A stretch of DNA of 64,000 nucleotides, from NCBI GenBank assembly GCA_963771795.1, contig CAVYUR010000001.1, forward strand, positions 129,880-193,879. Reading direction: 5' to 3'. This DNA is from an uncultured Chloroflexia bacterium (GTDB taxonomy: Bacteria > Chloroflexota > Limnocylindria > Limnocylindrales > CSP1-4). Positions 30,303 to 38,798 of the stretch are shown here, one piece after another. A program made the position numbers and the translations under genes. The notes beneath the pieces are model-generated. The model was not told the origin of the DNA and did not search any database. It saw only the letters and a program-made list of their open reading frames with translations. Each line of letters starts with the position of its first letter. Within the stretch, counting starts at the first letter, position 1.

Positions 30303-30336
30303 ACAACTGAATAACAATCGAAGAACAACCGAATAC
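30303..30336. repeat. Degenerate third/fourth copy of the 24-bp repeat (ACAACTGAATAACAATCGAAGAACAACCGAATAC)
   Basis: Shares ACAACTGAA and GAAGAACAACCGAATAC with the 29788-29835 units. Lies 19 nt after the orphan gene's stop. Confidence 0.8.
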
Positions 30337-30347
30337 GCAGCCCTGAT

Positions 30348-30380
30348 CGACGGCCGGAAGCCATGTGGCTCCGGCCGTCG
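30348..30380 (+). terminator. Perfect 11-bp stem hairpin (CGACGGCCGGA / TCCGGCCGTCG)
   Basis: Stem 30348-30358 pairs with 30370-30380. The loop AGCCATGTGGC is itself partly palindromic. No T-tract follows, so it may be a terminator or a protein or RNA structure site. Confidence 0.35.
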
Positions 30381-30531
30381 TCGTGTCCGAGCCCGAGGGG
30401 ACATCGTGGCATCGTCATCCGTCGAGGCCGCCATCTGGCGTTCGCTGATGCGCGGCATCGGCGTCCGGCGATGGCCCAACTGCATGGCGGCCGATACCGT
30501 CGTGAGCACCATCAGTCGATCAAAGGAGCTC

Positions 30532-30960
30532 ATGCCGATGTACCGCGGTTCCCGCCTCGTCGCGTCGTTCCTCCTCTTCCTCACCGGCAGCACCGTGACG
30601 GCCTTCGGTCTCGGGGTCCTGCCCGCGGCCATCGGGTCAGGTGGAGCCTGGATCCTCGTCCCGCTCGTCGTCGCGTACGGGATCGCCCACTTCGTCGCCC
30701 TCGCCGGGATCGCCCGTGGTCGGGCGTGGGGTCGGGAGCTCGCGGTGAGCATCGCCGAGGCCGGAGGAGGCATCGCGCTCGCGGGCCTGTTCGCGATCCT
30801 GCTCGGTGCCAATCCCTTCTCTGTCGGGGCAGGCCTGCTCGCCTGGAACTTCGCGATGTACGCGCTGCTCGGGCTGAGCGCCGGACGGATCACGTTTGCC
30901 GGCTGGCGTCGCCGCTCCAACTGGTGGCCCAGCCCGCTGCTTCGCGTCGGCGCGGCCTGA
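30532..30960 (+). CDS. Small integral membrane protein (4 helices)
   Basis: ATG 30532 with SD AAAGGAG 4 nt upstream. 142 aa, mostly hydrophobic. Confidence 0.55.
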   Translation: MPMYRGSRLVASFLLFLTGSTVTAFGLGVLPAAIGSGGAWILVPLVVAYGIAHFVALAGIARGRAWGRELAVSIAEAGGGIALAGLFAILLGANPFSVGAGLLAWNFAMYALLGLSAGRITFAGWRRRSNWWPSPLLRVGAA

Positions 30961-30989
30961 GGCCCGATGCCGTCAGCCGATCGGCGACC

Positions 30990-30995
30990 TAGACT
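30990..30995 (+). promoter_or_regulatory. -10-like TAGACT, 6 nt upstream of the glbO GTG
   Basis: TAGACT cgccgg GTG. Confidence 0.45.
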
Positions 30996-31001
30996 CGCCG
31001 G

Positions 31002-31382
31002 GTGACCGACGATATCTCGCTGTACGAAGCCGCCGGCGGCATGCCGTTCTTCGAGGCCCTGGTCGATCGCTTCTACGAGGGCGTGGCGAGTGACCCGGGC
31101 CTCCGGCCGATCTACCCCGATCCGGACCTGGCCGGTGCCCGGCACCGGCTGACCCTCTTCCTCGCCCAATACTGGGGCGGCCCCACGACGTACGACGCGG
31201 AGCGTGGCCACCCCCGCTTGCGGATGCGCCATGCGCCGTTCGCGATCGGACCGTCCGAGCGCGATGCGTGGCTCGGCCACATGCGCGCCGCGATCGAGTC
31301 GACGTCGCCGCCGGCCGACGTCGCCGGTCGGTTACATGCCTATTTCGACATGGCCGCCGAGGCGATGCGCAATCGCGACTGA
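31002..31382 (+). CDS. glbO: Group II truncated hemoglobin (trHbO)
   Basis: 126 aa. 'LYEAAGGMPFFEALVDRFYEGV', 'IYPDPDLAGARHRLTLFLAQYWGGP..Y...GHPRLRMRH.PF'. GTG lies 6 nt after TAGACT. Confidence 0.85.
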   Translation: MTDDISLYEAAGGMPFFEALVDRFYEGVASDPGLRPIYPDPDLAGARHRLTLFLAQYWGGPTTYDAERGHPRLRMRHAPFAIGPSERDAWLGHMRAAIESTSPPADVAGRLHAYFDMAAEAMRNRD

Positions 31383-31457
31383 ACCTGTCCGCCCCGAGCC
31401 TCGCCACCTCCCGTAGACTTGGGGACAGGCGGAGGCGCAACGGAGGGCGGCAGATCG

Positions 31458-33215
31458 GTGGTGACCGAAGAGGAATCGGAGGGCGCCGGAGGGGTGGCCG
31501 GCGCTGGCGCGGACGGACGCGGCAAGACGGTTCACGGTGAAGCGGCGAACGCGGGTCATCGAGTCCTCGCCCCCGACGACGCAGAGGTCGAGGCCTACCT
31601 CGAGACGGCGCTCAAGGCGGCGCCCGGCAGGACCGACGACGAGCGGCCGATCGAGCCCGACACGATCGTCGTCCTCGACTTCGGAAGCCAGTTCGCCCAG
31701 CTGATCGCGCGGCGGGTACGCGAGCTTAACGTCTACTCGGAGCTGTTGCCCCACGACACCCCGTGGGCCGAGATCGAGCGACGGGCGCCCAAGGCGATCA
31801 TCCTCTCCGGCGGCCCCAACTCCGTCTACGACGACGATGCGCCCAGGCCGGATCCGGCGATCTGGCGTGGCGAAATTCCAGTCCTTGGCATCTGCTACGG
31901 CGCGCATCTCATGGCCCACGAGCTTGGCGGCGACGTCGTCCCGGCCACGAAGCGCGAGTACGGCGCAGCGACCGTGACGATCACCGACAGCGACGGGCTG
32001 TTCAGCGGACTCGACCGAGACCAGCCGGTCTGGATGAGCCACGGCGACTCGATCACCCGCCTGCCGGCCGGATTTCGGGCCACGGCCCAGACGGATTCCT
32101 CGCCGTTCGCAGCGCTCGTCGATCCGTCGCGCAACCTGTACGGGATCCAGTTCCACCCGGAGGTGGTACACACGCCTCATGGTCGCGACGTCCTTCGAAA
32201 CTTCGTCGTCGGCATCGCCGGTGCAAGCCCGACCTGGACGCCTGCCAACTTCATCGAGGGCACGGTCGCGGACATTCGAACCCGCGTTGACGACCATGCG
32301 ACCGCCACCGGCTCGGACGGGCTCGTCATCTGTGCGCTCTCAGGCGGCGTCGACTCCGCGGTGGCGGCGGCGCTCGTCCATCGGGCGGTCGGGGACCGGC
32401 TGACGTGCATCTACGTCGACCACGGGCTGATGCGCAAGAGGGAATCGGAGCTGCTCCGCGAGACGTTCGCCGAGCACCTCGGGATGCGGCTCGTCATGGT
32501 CGACGCGCGGCAGCGCTTCCTCGCCCGACTGGCCGGCGTCGAGGACCCCGAGCAGAAGCGGCGGATCATCGGCGACGAGTTCATCCGGGTCTTCGAGGAG
32601 GAAGCGACGAAGTTGGGCCGGATCGACTTCCTGACCCAGGGCACCCTCTACCCCGATGTCATAGAGAGCGCGACCTCCGAGACGAAGGCCGCCCAGAAGA
32701 TCAAGACCCACCACAACGTCGGCGGGCTGCCGGCCGACCTGCGCTTCAAGCTCATCGAGCCGCTGCGCTACCTGTTCAAGGACGAGGTCCGCGCGGTCGG
32801 CGTCGAGCTGGGTCTGCCCGAGGCGATGGTCCATCGCCAGCCGTTCCCGGGCCCAGGGCTAGCGATCAGGATCATCGGCGAGGTGACGGCCGAGCGGCTC
32901 GAGACCCTCCGCGAGGCCGACTGGATCGTGATCGACGAGATCAAGGCCGCCGGGCTCTACCGCAGCCTCTGGCAGAGCTTCGCGATCCTCACGCCGGTCC
33001 GGTCCGTCGGCGTGATGGGCGACGGCCGCACATACGCGAACGTCGTCGCGATTCGTGCGGTGACCTCCGAGGACGGGATGACGGCCGACTGGGCGAAGCT
33101 GCCCTACGACGTCCTTGGCAAGATCAGCTCCCGCATCGTGAACGAGGTTTCCGGCGTCAACCGGGTCGTCTACGACATCTCCTCCAAACCCCCAGCGACG
33201 ATCGAATGGGAATGA
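31458..33215 (+). CDS. guaA: GMP synthase (glutamine-hydrolysing)
   Basis: GATase block '[19 protein letters not shown]' plus 'GICYG'. ATP-PPase 'SGGVDSAV' and the C-terminal dimerisation domain. The start is uncertain (TTG 31419, GTG 31458/31461), and an unusual ~65-80-aa acidic/Gly-rich N-terminal extension precedes the GATase domain. Confidence 0.9.
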   Translation: MVTEEESEGAGGVAGAGADGRGKTVHGEAANAGHRVLAPDDAEVEAYLETALKAAPGRTDDERPIEPDTIVVLDFGSQFAQLIARRVRELNVYSELLPHDTPWAEIERRAPKAIILSGGPNSVYDDDAPRPDPAIWRGEIPVLGICYGAHLMAHELGGDVVPATKREYGAATVTITDSDGLFSGLDRDQPVWMSHGDSITRLPAGFRATAQTDSSPFAALVDPSRNLYGIQFHPEVVHTPHGRDVLRNFVVGIAGASPTWTPANFIEGTVADIRTRVDDHATATGSDGLVICALSGGVDSAVAAALVHRAVGDRLTCIYVDHGLMRKRESELLRETFAEHLGMRLVMVDARQRFLARLAGVEDPEQKRRIIGDEFIRVFEEEATKLGRIDFLTQGTLYPDVIESATSETKAAQKIKTHHNVGGLPADLRFKLIEPLRYLFKDEVRAVGVELGLPEAMVHRQPFPGPGLAIRIIGEVTAERLETLREADWIVIDEIKAAGLYRSLWQSFAILTPVRSVGVMGDGRTYANVVAIRAVTSEDGMTADWAKLPYDVLGKISSRIVNEVSGVNRVVYDISSKPPATIEWE

Positions 33216-33336
33216 CGGAGAACCGGCACCCTCCCCTATAAACCGGCTTTCGCCCACCGAGGTCCAAGGGCGAGCTCCGTGAGCCCATCGGCCCGAGGTA
33301 GGACCATCGGGGTATTCCGCGCTGGTCCTGACGCGG

Positions 33337-33342
33337 TAGAGT
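33337..33342 (+). promoter_or_regulatory. -10-like TAGAGT, 7 nt upstream of the zinc-ribbon gene ATG 33350
   Basis: TAGAGT gatggcc ATG. Confidence 0.35.
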
Positions 33343-33349
33343 GATGGCC

Positions 33350-33899
33350 ATGGTCGACGAAGCGACATCGGGGGCGTCGGCACCACTGCCTCGCTGCATG
33401 TGGTGTTCCGCGCAATTGCCATCGGACTCGGAGGTGACGTGCCCATCGTGCGGCGCGACCCTGATCGGGGAGGGTGGTGAGAGCCTCGTGCCGGGCGTCA
33501 CCGCGATCGATTTCGCAGGCGATCGTGCGCAGCACGACGGCCGCCAAGACGAAGTCGCGCAGCCGTCTGATGTCCTGGATCAGCGGCGAGTATGACGAGG
33601 GCGATAGGCCCGCGCCTCCCGGATCGGTGTCGCTGCCCTCGCCGGAAGTCCGCCGCGAGATGCTCCGCCTCGAGATCGAGGCAGAGGTCGCGCACCTCCA
33701 GGCCGAGGCCGAATCGATCGCCTCCGAGAACGCCGTCGAGCAGCTGATCCCGCTCGACGTCCTGAATGCTCCGTATCCCGTGGGAGCAGCGGTGACCCAA
33801 TCGCCCGATGCCGTCACCGCCATCGAGGCGACCTCCGACACCGCCGACGCAGCGTCCGCCGAAAACGCGCCGGCCAAAGAGGACTCGCCGACCAGCTGA
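33350..33899 (+). pseudogene. Zinc-ribbon protein with coiled-coil/acidic tail; either +1 frame-shifted near 33520-33530 or two overlapping small genes
   Basis: Frame 33341/33350 reads 'PRCMWCSAQLPSDSEVTCPSCGATLIGEGGESLVPGVTAID'. Frame 33474 reads 'AIVRSTTAAKTKSRSRLMSWISGEYDEG...EVRREMLRLEIEAEVAHLQAEAE'. TAGAGT sits 7 nt upstream of ATG 33350. Confidence 0.45.
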
Positions 33900-33910
33900 T
33901 CGCGACGGGC

Positions 33911-33916
33911 TATCCT
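33911..33916 (+). promoter_or_regulatory. -10-like TATCCT, 6 nt upstream of GTG 33923
   Basis: TATCCT cggccc GTG. Confidence 0.4.
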
Positions 33917-33922
33917 CGGCCC

Positions 33923-34381
33923 GTGCCAGATCGACTCCCTCCGCCCGGCCCCTCGTTTCTGCGCGAGCACGAGGTCCGAATCGGTGACCGGGTCCTGCGG
34001 GCAGGCATGACCAAGCCCACGACGACCGACGACGGGTGGTGGCTCGCCCTCCTGTGGGTCGCGGACGCGGAAGGGGTGGTTCCGCTCCGTGATCTGGCCC
34101 CGGCAGCCGGCCCGCCGGCCGATCCTCCGCTCGCACGACTCGGTCCGTCGCTCGCGGGCGCGCTCAGCGGAATGATCCTCGAGGAGGCGGGCCGCCTCTC
34201 GATCCGGCTCGCGACGGTGATCCCCGCGGACGACCCGACTCGCCCGTGGCGCGTCCCGGCGGCCATCCGCGCGGCCTTCAAGTGGGAGCCCGCGCGCGCG
34301 GCAACGATGCGCCAGAACGAGCTTGCGGAGACGGTCCTCGCCGGTTTCCGGCGGTCGATCGAAGGCCTCAGCCGCCCTTAG
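33923..34381 (+). CDS. Small conserved hypothetical protein preceding UPF0182 (PPA1309-like, recalled)
   Basis: 152 aa. GTG 33923 lies 6 nt after TATCCT. Sits immediately upstream of the UPF0182 gene, as in many Actinomycetota. The family name is from memory only. Confidence 0.4.
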   Translation: MPDRLPPPGPSFLREHEVRIGDRVLRAGMTKPTTTDDGWWLALLWVADAEGVVPLRDLAPAAGPPADPPLARLGPSLAGALSGMILEEAGRLSIRLATVIPADDPTRPWRVPAAIRAAFKWEPARAATMRQNELAETVLAGFRRSIEGLSRP

Positions 34382-34383
34382 GT

Positions 34384-34389
34384 TAGACT
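34384..34389 (+). promoter_or_regulatory. -10-like TAGACT, 9 nt upstream of the UPF0182 GTG
   Basis: TAGACT cgcgccacc GTG. Confidence 0.35.
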
Positions 34390-34398
34390 CGCGCCACC

Positions 34399-37300
34399 GT
34401 GCCAAACATGTTCGACGAGTTCCTCGACGAGCTTCGTCGCCGACAGGCAGAAGCCGCAGGACGTCCGTCACCCCGCCGAGATCAGGTACCGGAAGACGAG
34501 CCCCTCGCCGACGGGGACTCGGATCCGGACGAGGCTGTCCGACCCGAGGCCCGCGACGAGAGCGACGAGGCAGAGTCCGAGCCGATCCCCATCGGCCCGG
34601 CCGGCCGCGCGCGGGAACCCGGCGGACGCGGCGCGGGCCGGCCGCCCCGGGATCCCCGCCGGCGTACGGTGGGCGGTCCGAACGACGGTGGCGGCCCACG
34701 CGTTCGCCGCCAGTTCGCCCTGTCCATCGGCCTCATCGCCGTGGTGTTCATCTTCATCATGCTGGCCGTCGGCCTCGAGCTCTGGACGGATGCCATCTGG
34801 TTCCGGAGCGTTGGTTATGACGCGGTGTTCTGGACGCGGCTCGGCGTCCAGCTGCAGCTGTTCGCGGTTGGCTTCGGCATCGCACTCCTGCTGTTCCTTG
34901 GCAACCTCTGGCTGGCTGGCCGCCTCGCGCCGCCCCCGGACGGGCCCGGCGCGAGCGGCTCGGTTCGCGGCTGGATCGACCGCCTGAACGAGGCCGTCAT
35001 GGATTCGGAGCAGCGCTCGCGCGGCCGCGACATGCTCGGCGGCCGACCCGGCCAGGGCCCCCGCGGCCCCATCGACGTCACGCCGCCCTCGTACGACATC
35101 CCCGACGCGACACCGATCGGCCGCGTTGTGATCGTCGTCGTTGCGATCTTCGTCGCGTTGACTGTGGGTGGGGCGCTCGCGTCGAATTGGCAAACCGTCC
35201 TGCTCTGGCTGAACCGTGTGCCGTTCGACCCCGCCGGCGCCGGCACCGTCACGGATCCGGTCTTCGGCCGGGACATCTCGTTCTTCATGTTCGAGCTTGG
35301 GTTCCTGCGGTTCGTCCAGGTGACGCTCATCGGCCTGGTTATCGCCTCATTGGTCGTGGCCGGGGCCCGCTACCTCGTCGCCGGGCTCGACGGCAGCGCG
35401 GTCTTCAGCACGCCGGTCCGCGTCCACCTCGGTGTGCTCGCCGGACTGGTCCTCATGGCGATAGCGTTTGGCTACCAGCTCGACAAGTACGAGCTTGTCT
35501 ACAGCAACCGCGGCATCGCAACCGGCGTCGGCTACACGGACGCGAATGCCCAGTTCCTCGCCTACGACGTACTGACCGGGCTCTCGGCCATTGCGGCTGC
35601 GTTCCTCGTCGGCGGGGCGTTTTCACGGGTCCTCTGGCCGCTCGGGCTGACGGTCGCGGTCTGGGTGATCGCATCGATCGGGATCGGGCGCGTCTACCCC
35701 GAGTTCGTCCAGCGATTCACCGTCCAGCCGAACGAATTCGCCCAGGAGCAGCTGTACATCTCGAACAACATCGCGATGACCCGGCTGGCGTTCGATCTCG
35801 GCGACTGGGAGGTCCGCAACTACCGTGGCGAAGCGCCCCTCACCGAGGAGAAGATCCAGGAGCACGACGCGACGTTCCTGAACGCCCGCCTGTGGGATTA
35901 CCGGCCACTCGGCGACACGCTCAACCAGCTCCAGACGATCCGCCAGTACTACGAGTTCGTCGACGTCGACACGGATCGATACCCGTTCGGAGAAGACACC
36001 AGGCAGGTGATGCTCTCGATGCGAGAGCTCGCCCTCGACAAGAACCCACAGGCCGTCGGCTGGGTGAACGAGCGCATCATCTATACCCACGGCATCGGTG
36101 TCTCGATGGTTCCCGTCAACGAAGTTGCCACCCAGGGCCAGCCCCGGCTCATCATCCGTGACCTGCCGCCGATCTCGTCGTCCGGCGCGCCGGAGATCTC
36201 GGAGCCGCGCATCTACTTCGGCGAGCGCGCAAGCTCCTACGTCGTCGTCGGCGCCCGCCAGGCCGAGTTCGACTACCCGCGAGGCCAGACGCCGACCGGG
36301 GTCGACGAGGTCGTCGAGACCCGCTGGCAGGGAGCCACCGGAATCAAACTCGACACGACGCTGGCTCGCCTCCTGTTCGCCCTCCGCTTCAGGGACCTGA
36401 ACCTCCTGATCAGCGACCAGGTCACGGCCGACAGCCAGCTGCTCTTCCATCGCTCACTGGGCGATCGATTGCCGCGGATCGCCCCATTCCTGCTCTACGA
36501 CAAGGATCCGTACGCGGTAATCCAGGCCAACGGTCGATTGGCGTACATCCAGGACGCCTACACCGCGAGCGATCGCTTCCCGCACGCCCAGGAGTTCGAC
36601 CCGGCGCAGCTCAATACCGCTGATGCCAAGCGGTCGGGGCTCGGCAACGCGCCGCTCAACTACCTGCGCAACAGCGTCAAGATCGTCATGGACGCCTACG
36701 ACGGGACAATGACCTTCTACGCGAACGATCCCAACGAGCCGCTGCTCCGCGCCTGGCAGGGCGTCTTCCCGACCCTCTTCCAGCCGATGACCGAGTTCCC
36801 GACGGACCTCCGGGCCCACCTCCGCGTCCCCGAGGAGCAGTTCAACGTCCAGACGCGTGTCTACGGCCGATATCACGTCCAGAACCCGCTCACGTTCTAC
36901 CAGCAGGACGATCTCTGGACCGTGCCCGGCGGCCAGACGTCTGAATCCAGCCTTCCGAGCGAGGCCTACTACGTGATCATGTCGCTGCCGGAGGCGGTCA
37001 ACCCGGAGTTCCTCCTCCTCCAGCCGATGATCCCGGCGGCCCGTCCAAACATGATCGCCTGGATAGCGGCTCGCAACGATGGCGAGGCGTACGGCCAGAC
37101 CCTGGTCTATCGCTTCCCGACCGAGACCTCGGTGTTCGGGCCCGCCCAGATCGAGGCCCAGATCAACGCCGACCCGGAGATCAGCGCGCAGTTCACGCTG
37201 TGGAGCCAGTCCGGCAGCAACGTCATCCAGGGCAACCTCATCGTCGTCCCGGTCGGCGAATCGCTCGTCTATCTCCAGCCGGTCTACCTCCAGGCGACGA

Positions 37301-37692
37301 GCGCCCGGTTCCCGGCGTTCCAGAAGATCATCGTGGCCTCGCCGACGACGGTCGTCTGGGGCGACACCCTTCGACAGGCGCTCGATCAGCTGCTTCGGGA
37401 CCAGTCCGGCGGCCCCGGACCGACGCCGTCGCCGACGCCCCCGGGCCCGACGCCGACACCCGGTCCGACCGGAACGCCGCGTCCCGGGTCGACGCCGCCG
37501 TCCGGCGACGTCGCCGCGCTCGTCGAGTACGCCAACCTTCACTTCGAGCTCGCCCAGCAGGCGCTCCGCGACGGCGACTTCGCCCGTTACGGCGCAGAGA
37601 TCGAGCTCGTCAAGGAAGCTCTCGCCCAGCTCGACGCTCTCGTCGGCGGGACCGCGCCCAGTCCGTCCGCGTCGCCGAGCGCCTCGCCGTGA
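34399..37692 (+). CDS. UPF0182-family large membrane protein
   Basis: 1097 aa. Charged N-terminal extension, ~7 TM helices ('VFWTRLGVQLQLFAVGFGIALLLFLGNLWLAG'), a large extracytoplasmic domain ('YYEFVDVDTDRY', 'IIYTHGIG') and a Pro-rich C-terminus. Confidence 0.85.
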   Translation: MPNMFDEFLDELRRRQAEAAGRPSPRRDQVPEDEPLADGDSDPDEAVRPEARDESDEAESEPIPIGPAGRAREPGGRGAGRPPRDPRRRTVGGPNDGGGPRVRRQFALSIGLIAVVFIFIMLAVGLELWTDAIWFRSVGYDAVFWTRLGVQLQLFAVGFGIALLLFLGNLWLAGRLAPPPDGPGASGSVRGWIDRLNEAVMDSEQRSRGRDMLGGRPGQGPRGPIDVTPPSYDIPDATPIGRVVIVVVAIFVALTVGGALASNWQTVLLWLNRVPFDPAGAGTVTDPVFGRDISFFMFELGFLRFVQVTLIGLVIASLVVAGARYLVAGLDGSAVFSTPVRVHLGVLAGLVLMAIAFGYQLDKYELVYSNRGIATGVGYTDANAQFLAYDVLTGLSAIAAAFLVGGAFSRVLWPLGLTVAVWVIASIGIGRVYPEFVQRFTVQPNEFAQEQLYISNNIAMTRLAFDLGDWEVRNYRGEAPLTEEKIQEHDATFLNARLWDYRPLGDTLNQLQTIRQYYEFVDVDTDRYPFGEDTRQVMLSMRELALDKNPQAVGWVNERIIYTHGIGVSMVPVNEVATQGQPRLIIRDLPPISSSGAPEISEPRIYFGERASSYVVVGARQAEFDYPRGQTPTGVDEVVETRWQGATGIKLDTTLARLLFALRFRDLNLLISDQVTADSQLLFHRSLGDRLPRIAPFLLYDKDPYAVIQANGRLAYIQDAYTASDRFPHAQEFDPAQLNTADAKRSGLGNAPLNYLRNSVKIVMDAYDGTMTFYANDPNEPLLRAWQGVFPTLFQPMTEFPTDLRAHLRVPEEQFNVQTRVYGRYHVQNPLTFYQQDDLWTVPGGQTSESSLPSEAYYVIMSLPEAVNPEFLLLQPMIPAARPNMIAWIAARNDGEAYGQTLVYRFPTETSVFGPAQIEAQINADPEISAQFTLWSQSGSNVIQGNLIVVPVGESLVYLQPVYLQATSARFPAFQKIIVASPTTVVWGDTLRQALDQLLRDQSGGPGPTPSPTPPGPTPTPGPTGTPRPGSTPPSGDVAALVEYANLHFELAQQALRDGDFARYGAEIELVKEALAQLDALVGGTAPSPSASPSASP

Positions 37693-38756
37693 GCCGGGGC
37701 GGGGCGGTCCTCGCCTCGCTCCTCGTGACGATCGGCCGGCCGGCCTGGTGGCTGGTGGCCCTGACCGGCTTCCTCGTTCGCGGCGGCTTCGTCATCTTCG
37801 TCCTGCCGATCGTCCTGCTGCCATCGCCGCTGGCGATCTCGAACGTGATGGCTCCCATCATCGTCCCCGTGGCGCTGGGCCGGATCGGGCCCGACGCTAT
37901 CGCGATCTTTCTCGGAACGGTCATCCTGCTGTCCGGCTGGATCCTGGTCGGTGGCTGGATCGCCGCGGCCGCGGATCTGATGCTCATCCGCGAAGCCGCT
38001 GCGGCCGCCGCCGAGGAGGGAATCGGAGCGTCCGTCGCCGACGTGCCGCCGGCCGGTGAGCCGCCGGTGCCCCTCGCAGCGGGTGGGCCCCTCAACGTGC
38101 CGGCGCTCGCGGTGGCTGACCGGGTCCTCATCGGCCGGTTGCTCGCGGCGCGCCTGATCGCGTGGTTGCCGCTCGCCTTCGCGGTCGGTCTCGGCATCGT
38201 TGGCGTCATCGCGGTGACCTACAGCGAGCTGACCAGGCCGTTCGAGGTCGACACGCCGATCGCGCTTCGCGTCGCGCTCGGCGCCGCACCAGAGCTGGCG
38301 ATCATCGCCGTCACCTGGCTCCTGGGAGAACTTGTCGGAGGCCTGTCGGCGCGGCGGATGGTCCTCGACGGCGCGTCCAGCGGAGCGGGCCTTATCGCGG
38401 CGCTTGGCGACGTCGCCCGCCGGCCGGCCGCGACCATCCTGCCGTGGCTCGTCACGAGCGGCCTGCTCCTGGCCATCCTCGTCGGCACGGTCGCCGCGGC
38501 GAGCGTGGCTTGGTCGAGGGTCATCGCCGCCCTGTCCGACCGCTCGGTAGGGCCATTGACGATCGCCCTCGATGTCCTGCTGTTCGTCGCGATCTGGCTC
38601 GCGGCGCTCGCTCTGGCCGGACTATTCGCTGCCGTCAGGGGCTCGATCCAGACCTTCGAGTACGTTCGATTGCGGTCTGTGACCGGGACGTTCGGGGCAT
38701 CGGCGCACCACCGTCCGGGGGATTGGTCCATCCCGGACGAAGGTGGCAGCCTGTAG
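37689..38756 (+). CDS. Polytopic membrane protein, unknown function
   Basis: 355 aa from GTG 37689 (GTGA overlap with the UPF0182 stop), with 7-8 hydrophobic helices. The listed ORF 37200- includes an out-of-frame overlap. Confidence 0.6.
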   Translation: MSRGGAVLASLLVTIGRPAWWLVALTGFLVRGGFVIFVLPIVLLPSPLAISNVMAPIIVPVALGRIGPDAIAIFLGTVILLSGWILVGGWIAAAADLMLIREAAAAAAEEGIGASVADVPPAGEPPVPLAAGGPLNVPALAVADRVLIGRLLAARLIAWLPLAFAVGLGIVGVIAVTYSELTRPFEVDTPIALRVALGAAPELAIIAVTWLLGELVGGLSARRMVLDGASSGAGLIAALGDVARRPAATILPWLVTSGLLLAILVGTVAAASVAWSRVIAALSDRSVGPLTIALDVLLFVAIWLAALALAGLFAAVRGSIQTFEYVRLRSVTGTFGASAHHRPGDWSIPDEGGSL

Positions 38757-38798
38757 GACCCAGGCCCGGAGGGTCCGGTAATCCACGCGAGGTGATCG

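Noticed and set aside
29295-30531. Replication origin, DnaA-box cluster, tmRNA or other housekeeping RNA in the AT-richer island
   Set aside because: I found no TT(A/G)TCCACA-like boxes, no dnaA/dnaN nearby, no tRNA-like acceptor/T-arm ends, and no SRP or RNase P signature strings.
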